From NCBI GenBank assembly GCA_963792585.1, contig CAWBWI010000004.1, positions 1 to 64,000 on the forward strand: a stretch of 64,000 nucleotides of DNA, in the 5' to 3' direction. The notes under the pieces were generated by a model. That model had not been told where the DNA came from and did no database searches. It saw only the letters and a list, made by a program, of their open reading frames with translations. Each line of letters begins with the position of its first letter. The first letter of the stretch is position 1. The DNA comes from Candidatus Eiseniibacteriota bacterium (lineage in GTDB: Bacteria > Eisenbacteria > RBG-16-71-46 > CAIMUX01 > VGJL01). This document shows, piece by piece, positions 56,595 to 64,000 of this stretch. The translations under genes and the position numbers were made by a program.

Positions 56595-57944
56595 CTAGCT
56601 TCCCATTCGGACGGTGTAGGTCAGCACGACCTCGGCGTCGGGACCGACGTCGACCATCCACTCGGCGGTGTTCGCATCCTTCTTGCGCGACGGCAGGCTC
56701 GTGGTCACGATCGTCCAGTCTCCCCAGAAATGGTCGCCGGCGACGATCGTCACCTTCTCCTTCTTGTGATTGCGGAACTTCACCTCGATCGTCTGCTCCC
56801 AAACGCGGTCGGAGATCCGATTCTGATCCTTCATCGTCCTCTCGGCCACGATGTCGAAGGCGTTGCCCAGGAACAGCCGCACCTTCTCGTCCTTCGGCGT
56901 GTGATCGATCCAGTCCTCGCCGATGAACTGCTGGCCGCCCTTGGAATCGCGCTTGTAGGTGCGCACCTTCCCCTTGGGCAACGGCATGCCGAGGCCCCGG
57001 TCCTCGCGGTTCTCGAACTGCAGGACCGTGCGGACCTTCTTCTCGTCGCTCCAGGGCTTGTACTCGTAGAGCTTCACGACGGGGGTCTGAGCGGGCGGAA
57101 AGAGGGCGATCTGCTTCGTCTCGCGATCGCGGATGTTCGTCGCGCGGGGCAGCGTGTAGAGGTGGTATTCGAAGAACGATTCCTCCTGGAAACCCGCGTC
57201 GGCGGTCTTCGCCATCCGCCCTTCCATCATGAGCATCGGCTGGGCAGGCGGTTGCGGCTGGACCCGGTTCACGTCGCCCGCGATCAGCTGGAGCTTCGCA
57301 TCCGGGTAGGTCGCGCCGCTCTGATTGTCCACGCTGACCCACCCGGCTAGGTCGGCTCCGGAGTCGGTGTCGTTGACGATCGCGACGTATTCCGCGTGCC
57401 AGGAGATGCCATTGGTGAGGTACGAAAGCTCCGCCTTCTGAGGGCCGGCCCGATCCGCATCAACGCTCCAGACCAAGGTCGGCTTGGTGATGAGACCGTC
57501 GGGAAGGCTCGGGCAACGAACGTCGATCACCTTCTCGCGCTGCAGGATCGAAAGACCCTTGTCCCCCATCAGCACGAGCTGCTCGTTCGTGAAGGAGAGA
57601 AGTTTCCCCTCGTGCAGTTCGCCCCCTTCGAGGATCGCCTGTACGCCCGTGTCGAGATAGCGTTCGAGAATCCGATCGGGGCTGGCCAGATCGTAACGAT
57701 AGTTCTGCTCGAGGACGGTGATGCCCCCGTCGCGGGTGAGCGACTGCAGGTGAACGGAGGTCGGATCGATCCGTGCGGCGACGTCGGTCACGCTGAGATC
57801 CCCGGCGCCGGCAGGCAACTCGACGTCCCGGACGTCCCGGACGAGACCGAGATCATCGTTGTAGACCGTGATCTGAACCTCGCGGGCCGAGGCGCCCCCG
57901 GCGAGAACGAGGGGGACGAACAGGATGGCGGTGAGGATGCGCAT
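56595..57944 (-). CDS. DUF4139/DUF4140 family exported protein
   Basis: ITVYNDDLGLVRD, EQNYRYDL, LSYLT.GISW.AEY, EYHLYTL, LGMPLPKG, IDHTPKDE. Confidence 0.88.
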   Translation of the reverse strand: MRILTAILFVPLVLAGGASAREVQITVYNDDLGLVRDVRDVELPAGAGDLSVTDVAARIDPTSVHLQSLTRDGGITVLEQNYRYDLASPDRILERYLDTGVQAILEGGELHEGKLLSFTNEQLVLMGDKGLSILQREKVIDVRCPSLPDGLITKPTLVWSVDADRAGPQKAELSYLTNGISWHAEYVAIVNDTDSGADLAGWVSVDNQSGATYPDAKLQLIAGDVNRVQPQPPAQPMLMMEGRMAKTADAGFQEESFFEYHLYTLPRATNIRDRETKQIALFPPAQTPVVKLYEYKPWSDEKKVRTVLQFENREDRGLGMPLPKGKVRTYKRDSKGGQQFIGEDWIDHTPKDEKVRLFLGNAFDIVAERTMKDQNRISDRVWEQTIEVKFRNHKKEKVTIVAGDHFWGDWTIVTTSLPSRKKDANTAEWMVDVGPDAEVVLTYTVRMGS

Positions 57945-58008
57945 GGCGATCCCTCCTTTCCAGAGGACTACCGCAAGACGGACAGCGTATTCCCCCCCGC
58001 GTGGGGGG

Positions 58009-60641
58009 TCATTCCTCCAGTGCGGACAGCGCCGCCTGCAACTTGTCGATCGAGAGTTCCAGATTGCCGATCTTCTCGCGTTCCGTCTCGACGACCTCAG
58101 GCTTCGCCTTCTCCAGGAAATCCTGATTGGCCAGCTTCCTCTGGGTCGAGGCGAGGGCCTTCTCCGCCTTCTCCAGATCGCGGCGCAGACGGTTTCGCTC
58201 CACGTCGAGGTCGATCAGCCCCTCGAGGTGGACGAAGACCTCGGCATCGCGGGCGACGGCGGAGGCCGCGTGCCTCGGCTTCGGGCTGTCCGCGCCGACG
58301 TGGAGGCGGGCGATCCGCGCCATGGCGCGGATGGAGGCTTCCTCCTCCCGCGCGACCCGCGCGACGTCTCCGGAGGCGCGCAGCGTCACATCGGCCTCGC
58401 GGCCGGGCGGCACGTTCATCTCGCTGCGAATGTTCCGCACCGCGACGACGAGTTCCCGGAGAATCTCGAAGTCCGCTTCCGCTTGCTCGTCCACCGCGTA
58501 CTCATCCGCCTTCGGCCATGCCTCGACGATGAGCGGGCCGCGGCCCAGCGGGATGTGCGAGGCGATCTCCTCGGTCAGGAACGGCATCAGCGGGTGGAGC
58601 AGCCTGAGGATCGCGTCGAGCCCCGCGAGCACGCCGGCGCGCGCGCGCACGGCATCATCGCCGCCGGCATTGATCCGCACCTTGGCCATCTCGAGGTACC
58701 AGTCGCAGTAGTCGTTCCACGCGAAGGCGTACAGGTCACGGGCGACATCGTTGAGCTGCATCTCGCCGAGGTTGCGGTCGGCGGAGACGATGGCGCGCGC
58801 GAGACGGCTCGCGATCCAGCGGTCCGCGAGAGCCTCGCGCCCGAGCCCGGGCGCGGGCGGGGGATCCTCCCCGAGGTTCATCATCGCGAAACGCGCCGCA
58901 TTCCAGAGCTTGTTCGCGAAGTTGCGCCCCACCTCGAGCTTCTTCTCTCCGAAGAGGACGTCCGTACCCGTGGGGGTCAGCATCAGCATCGTGAAGCGAA
59001 GCGCATCGGCGCCGTACTTGTCGATCAGATCGATCGGGTCGGGAGAGTTGCCGAGCGACTTCGACATCTTGCGTCCCAGCTCGTCGCGGACGAGACCGTG
59101 GAGGTGCACGGTGTGGAACGGTTCGCGTCCCATGAACTCCTGACCGGCCATGACCATCCGCGCGACCCAGAAGAAGATGATGTCGGGACCCGTCACCAGC
59201 ACATCGGTCGGGTAGAAGGTCGCGAGATCCTTCGTCTCCTCGGGCCAGCCGAGCGTCGAGAAGGGCCACAGCCAGGAGGAGAACCATGTGTCGAGCACGT
59301 CCTCGTCCTGTCGCCACTGGGTCGAGCCGCACTCGCGGCACGGAGCGGTTTCCTCCCCGTCACGCAGAGATGACCGTTCTCGCAGCTCCAGACCGGGATC
59401 CGATGTCCCCACCAGAGCTGGCGGCTGATGCACCAGTCGCGGATGTTCTCGAGCCAGTGGAGGTAGACCTTCTCCCAGCGGTCCGGGATGAAGCGGACAC
59501 GCCCCGCGCGGGCCGCCTCGATCGCCGGCTCGGCGAGGGGCTTCATCCGCACGAACCACTGGGTCGAGACGGACGGCTCGACGACGGTTTCGCAGCGGTA
59601 GCAGGTCCCCACCGCGTGGGTGTAGGGCTCGACCTTCTCGAGGAGCCCGCTCTTCTTCAGCTCCTCGACGACGCGCTTGCGGCACTCCAGTCGGTCCAGA
59701 CCCGCGAATGGACCCGCCTCCGCGGTCATTCGTCCCAGCTTGTCGATTACCGAGATCGTGGGCAAGCCCGTGCCGCGTGCCCATGTCGAAGTCGTTCGGG
59801 TCGTGCCCGGGCGTCACCTTCACCGCCCCGGTCCCGAACTCCTTGTCGACGAGCTCGTCGCGCGATCAGCGGAATCTCCCGCAAGCACGATCGGCAGGAT
59901 CAGCCTCGCGCCGCGCAGCGGCTCATAGCGAGCGTCTTCGGGATGGACGGCCACGGCGGTGTCCCCGAGCATCGTCTCGGGCCGGGTGGTCGCCACCATC
60001 ACCGAGCGATCGAGTCCCTTCGACGGGGTACTTGACGTAGTAGAGGAAGTCGTTCTTGTCCTCGTACTCGACCTCCTCGTCGGAGATCGCCGTCTGGCAG
60101 CCGATGCACCAGTTGACCAGATAGGCCCCTCGGTAGATCAGCCCCTTCCGGTAGAGCCGGCGGAAGACCTCGACGACCGCTTCGGAGAGACCCGGATCGA
60201 GTGTGAAACGCTCCCGCTCCCAGTCGCACGATGCGCCGAGCAGCCGGAGCTGGCGCGATGATCTTGCCGCCGTACGCTTCCTTCCACTTCCAGACCTCGT
60301 CGACGAACGCTTCCCGCCCGATCCCCTCGGCGCGTCTGCCCACGCGCCTCGAGATCCCGCTTGACCACGTTCTGGGTCGCGATTCCGGCGTGGTCCGTGC
60401 CCGGCAGCCAGAGCGTGTTGAATCCCTGCATCCGCTGCCAGCGAATCAGCACGTCCTGGATCGTGTTGTTGAGGACGTGACCGATCGTCAACGCGCCGGT
60501 CACATTCGGCGGCGGGATGACGATCGTGAAGGATGGGGTCCCTTCGATTCCCCTCGGACGGAAATGCCCCTCGCGCTCCCACCGTTCGTACCAGCGGGAC
60601 TCGAAGCTTTTCGGATCGTAGGCCTTGGCCATCTCGGACAT
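58009..60641 (-). CDS. valS: Valine--tRNA ligase (frameshifted)
   Basis: [49 protein letters not shown]. Confidence 0.98.
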
Positions 60642-60692
60642 CGAAGCTCTCCTTCGTGTTCGCCGGCTGGACGCTCGGACGACGGAGTCGTG

Positions 60693-60721
60693 AGGCTAGC
60701 AGCCGGGTCCGTCAGGGTCAA
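60693..60721 (-). promoter_or_regulatory. sigma70-type promoter for valS
   Basis: TTGACC-N17-TAGCCT with an extended TG. Confidence 0.6.
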
Positions 60722-62151
60722 CGGAGCGTGACATCGAACGCCCGCAGGCGGACCGTCGCGGTTGCCTGCCATCGCACCGGCGTCTCGGGGCGCGGGCGCG
60801 CCTTCCCGGTCTCCCGGCCCGTTTCGAAACCAAGTTCGACGAGGCCCCATCGATTGAAATCGCGCCGCACGCGCAGGCCCGCGCTTTCCTCGCGAAGGGC
60901 CTCTCCGCGGCCGTCCCCGCCGTGCTGCTCTTGCCACGCCTCGTGTCCGTGCCCCCGCAGACGCCACCAGATCTGCGCGCGCCCGAATCTCCACTCCGGG
61001 GTCCAGATCCGTACGTGGCGCGAGCGACCGTCGGTCCCCATCGGGTGGCCGAGACAGTAGCCGTGATAGGAGTAGGCATCCGGCCCATAGATCGTGTGCG
61101 TGTACCACTGGTTCGCGTCGTCCACAGTCTCCGCGTACTCGACCAGTCCCGCCCAGCCACGCGAAACGACCGAGGCCCCGATAACGCGCGCGGTCGCGGA
61201 CGGGAGGAGCCCGTGAAAGGCATCTTCCCCCCCATACTCGTAGAAGAGGCGACCCCCATCGATCCCGTGAAATGGCCGTAGGGAGCCCGGCAGACGCAGT
61301 TCGGCGGTGAACGAGACCTTCTGATCCGAGTCGGCGTATCCGCGCGGGCCCTTCACGTTCTCATTTCGCGCGGCGAGAAGATTCCAGACATCGCGCAGGC
61401 GGAATCGCTCCGTGCGTCCCGCCCCGCCGAAGAGGATCGTGCGCGAGGCGGCCAGGCGCGCCCAACCCAGCGGCTCCCACTCGAGCCGCTCGCCGTGGAG
61501 GAGGGGATAGGGAATCGTGCGATCCCGCTCGTCCAGGTAGGAGAGGAAGAAAGAGGCGTGCAGCCGCCCGTACTCTCCCGCAAACGGAAGGCGCCAGGGC
61601 CGCACACTGCGCAGCCGCAGAGTCTCCGCCGGTGGCGCCGTCCTGCCGAGCAGGAGGCTTCCCTCATTCCCCTCTCCCCAGAAGCCGCGCGTCAGGCCCA
61701 GCCGGACCTCGGTCCGCTCGCCCACGCGAAACAGACTGCGCTCGAGCCAGTCGCCGCCCGAGGCGCGCCCATCTCCCATCGTACAGCGGCCGGCAAGGTC
61801 GATCCCGAACCCCATGGGGAAGGCCAGCAGGCCGGCCGCCTGCGCGCGCCCGCGCGCGCCGGCGGCCACGCGGATGCCGGAACCTTCCTCGACCGCGGCG
61901 CGACCGGTTGCGTCCGCGAGGTCGAGACCACCGGCAGCCGATCGAAGCTCGGCGCGCATCCCGGGCGCGGCGGTCGTATCGGGCAGCGGGAGAATCGCGC
62001 CGCTGGGCGCGTCGACCGGGCGAAGACAACGATAGGCCTCGAGGCTCCAGTCATAGAATGGATCATCGATGCCGGATGCCGATGCGGCGCAAGAACCGAA
62101 GTTGAGAGCGAAGAGCAAGAGCGACGCGGGTGCGGCGCGCGCGCGTCTCAT
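60718..62151 (-). CDS. Capsule assembly Wzi-family outer-membrane protein
   Basis: FWGEGNEGSLLLGRTAPP, SRTILFGG, FYEYGGED, YCLGHPMG. Confidence 0.75.
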   Translation of the reverse strand: MRRARAAPASLLLFALNFGSCAASASGIDDPFYDWSLEAYRCLRPVDAPSGAILPLPDTTAAPGMRAELRSAAGGLDLADATGRAAVEEGSGIRVAAGARGRAQAAGLLAFPMGFGIDLAGRCTMGDGRASGGDWLERSLFRVGERTEVRLGLTRGFWGEGNEGSLLLGRTAPPAETLRLRSVRPWRLPFAGEYGRLHASFFLSYLDERDRTIPYPLLHGERLEWEPLGWARLAASRTILFGGAGRTERFRLRDVWNLLAARNENVKGPRGYADSDQKVSFTAELRLPGSLRPFHGIDGGRLFYEYGGEDAFHGLLPSATARVIGASVVSRGWAGLVEYAETVDDANQWYTHTIYGPDAYSYHGYCLGHPMGTDGRSRHVRIWTPEWRFGRAQIWWRLRGHGHEAWQEQHGGDGRGEALREESAGLRVRRDFNRWGLVELGFETGRETGKARPRPETPVRWQATATVRLRAFDVTLR

Positions 62152-62180
62152 CGGCGGGGCGGGCGGATTCGGTCCGCCCG

Positions 62181-63217
62181 CTATACCCTTCCTACTTCCG
62201 ACAGGACCTCGATATGTCCTGCGTTCATCAGCGAACGCTCCGCCGCCTCGAGAACCTTGACGACCCGGAGACCGGAGGCGCCGTCGCTCCGCGGCCGCCG
62301 GTGCTGGAGGATCGAGCCGAGGAAGTCTGCCACCTCGGCCTGCAGCGGTTCGAACGACTCGATCTTGGGGGAGACGATGTCGCCGGTTCGATAGGAGAGC
62401 TGGTACTCGCCGAAGGTGTCGGGGTCCTTGAAGTTGACCCCCTTGTCGAAGATCTTCACCTGCTCGAGGTGTTCGGTGTCGTCGTAGACGAGCATCTTCG
62501 CGTCTCCCACGATCGTCGTGCGCCGCAGCTTCGACGGGGCGAGCCAGGAGACCTGCACGTGGGCGATCGCGCCGGAGCGGAAGCGCATGAAGAGGAAGGC
62601 GACGTCCGGAATTCCCTTCTGAACGAAGTCCTTCCCGTTCGCGAGAACCTCGACACGGCGTCTCGTCGAGCCAGTAGAGGATCATCGAAAGGTCGTGAGG
62701 GGCGAGGTCCCAGATGACGCTCACGTCCTTCTGGTGGAGTCCCAGGTTCACGCGGGTCGAGCTCAGGTAGAAGAGCCGGCCCAGTTCGCCTTCGTCCAGG
62801 ATCTGCTTGATCTTCATGACGGGCGGCGAGTACTGGAAGGTGTGACCGACCATGAGGGTCAGCTTGCGTCGGTCGGCCTCTTCGATGAGCCGCAGAGCCT
62901 GTTCACTCGATGCAGCGAACGGCTTCTCGACGAAGACGTGCTTGCCCGCTTTGGAGGGCCTGGAGGGCCAAGTCGAAGTGCGTCGAGAGCGGCGTGGCGA
63001 TCATGATCGCGTCCACGTCCAGACGCTTGATCACGTCGCGCGCGTCGGTCGTGACCTCGACGGCCGGATAACGCATCGCGATCCGTTCCAGCTTTGCGGA
63101 ATCGAGATCACAGGCGACGATCCTGTTGCAGAGGCGATTCTCGTGCAGATTCCGGACCAGGTTCGGCCCCCAGTAACCGCAGCCGATCACCGCGACATTG
63201 AGCAACCCGTCGGCCAC
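62181..63217 (-). CDS. Gfo/Idh/MocA family oxidoreductase (nucleotide-sugar associated), frameshifted
   Basis: IGCGYWGPNLVRN, HVFVEKP, VIWDLAPHD, VSWLAPSKLR. Confidence 0.9.
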
Positions 63218-63220
63218 AGG

Positions 63221-64000
63221 CTAGTGCCCTCCTTTCCCGAAGAGGATCACGGGGATCGTCCTCAGGAGGATCTTGATGTCCAATCCGAGCGACCAGTTCC
63301 CGATGTAGAAGAGATCGAGAAGCACCTGGTCGTCGAAGGTCACGTATGACCGGCCGGTCACCTGCCAGAGCCCGGTCATCCCGGGGATGACATCCAGCCG
63401 CCGCCGCTGCCAGTCGTCATATAGATCGTACTCGAATGGAAGGCACGGGCGGGGACCAATCAGCGACATTTCCCCACGAAGGACATTCCAGAGCTGGGGA
63501 AGCTCGTCCAGGCTCGTCCGGCGAAGCAGGTGTCCGACCGGGGTGATCCGTGGATCGTCCACCCGCTTGTAGACCTTCTTGCCCCGGATGTCGACGGTGG
63601 CGGGGGTCCCATTCTTCATGTAATTGCGCAGGTAACGGAGATGATCCTCCTCACCCCCGACCGGCGTCTCGGCATCGTGGGCCACCATGCTCCGGAACTT
63701 GAACATCGTGAAGGGGCGCCCCGATTCGCCGACCCGAACCTGCTTGTACAGCACCGGCCCGGGCGAGCTGAACTTGATGGCCAATGCAATCGCCGCCAAC
63801 ACCGGCAGGATCAGGATCCCCCCGATGACGGTCCCCGCCACATCGATCGCCCGCTTGACGCGTAGACCCGTCCCGCGCAGCGGAGTCTCCCCCATCTGCA
63901 GGAGGTGCAGGCCCTGGATCGTCTCGATCGGGATGGAATCGAAGAGCCGGTCCAGCACATTGGACAGGACCTTCACCCGGATTCCGCGCTGGATGAGCGC
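63221..64000 (-). CDS. Priming polyprenyl-phosphate sugar transferase (WcaJ/WbaP-like), C-terminal part
   Basis: KRAIDV, FKFRSM, DPRITPVG..LRRTSLDELPQLWNVLRGEMSLIGPRP, PGMTGLWQV. Confidence 0.93.
   Translation of the reverse strand, partial: ALIQRGIRVKVLSNVLDRLFDSIPIETIQGLHLLQMGETPLRGTGLRVKRAIDVAGTVIGGILILPVLAAIALAIKFSSPGPVLYKQVRVGESGRPFTMFKFRSMVAHDAETPVGGEEDHLRYLRNYMKNGTPATVDIRGKKVYKRVDDPRITPVGHLLRRTSLDELPQLWNVLRGEMSLIGPRPCLPFEYDLYDDWQRRRLDVIPGMTGLWQVTGRSYVTFDDQVLLDLFYIGNWSLGLDIKILLRTIPVILFGKGGH

Noticed and set aside
60642..60717. T-box leader before valS
   Set aside because: The leader is only about 45 nt after the predicted promoter and has no T-box consensus or terminator.
60718..62853. 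Oxidoreductase-Wzi fusion (711 aa)
   Set aside because: The oxidoreductase continues in another frame to its own stop at 62181; Wzi has its own signal peptide from 62151.
1..64000. tRNA, rRNA, CRISPR array, IS or prophage
   Set aside because: Intergenic gaps are short, and I saw no cloverleaf, repeat-spacer array, transposase or phage gene by eye. A covariance-model scan was not run.

Overview
High-GC, diderm bacterial core-genome segment with almost all genes on the minus strand. The sequence appears to be an indel-rich long-read consensus: many essential genes are split by 1-nt frameshifts, so boundaries marked approximate are reconstructed. Left to right it contains: the start of a Wza/Wzc polysaccharide export locus; the rimP-nusA-infB-rbfA-truB-ribF-rpsO-pnp-M16-dut superoperon; a ~6.3 kb SprA/Sov-like type IX secretion (T9SS) translocon gene directly followed by a glutaminyl-cyclase-like M28 gene; divergent lptF-lptG; aroB-aroQ-accB-pilT-accC; a TPR/ECF sigma/ZAS anti-sigma/catalytically dead HtrA-like cluster; a CxxCH lipoprotein plus FadL/PorV-like barrel pair; yceD-rpmF-plsX-fabHDG-acpP-fabF-rnc; a COG2403-like enzyme with sucCD-ndk; rfaE1/E2; a small T9SS-CTD cargo; uvrB-nadC-birA-ftsY-radC; a TMTC-like GT-C/TPR protein; tandem DUF4139 genes, one internally deleted; valS; and wzi, a Gfo/Idh/MocA oxidoreductase and a priming sugar transferase. 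Canonical TTGACA/TAnnnT promoters and Shine-Dalgarno sites argue against a Bacteroidota host. An FCB-related candidate lineage such as Eisenbacteria is my inference only. The strongest candidate for a novel system is a non-Bacteroidota T9SS-like module (SprA, coupled glutaminyl cyclase, PorV/FadL-like barrel, CTD cargo). I recognised no tRNA, rRNA, CRISPR array or mobile element.
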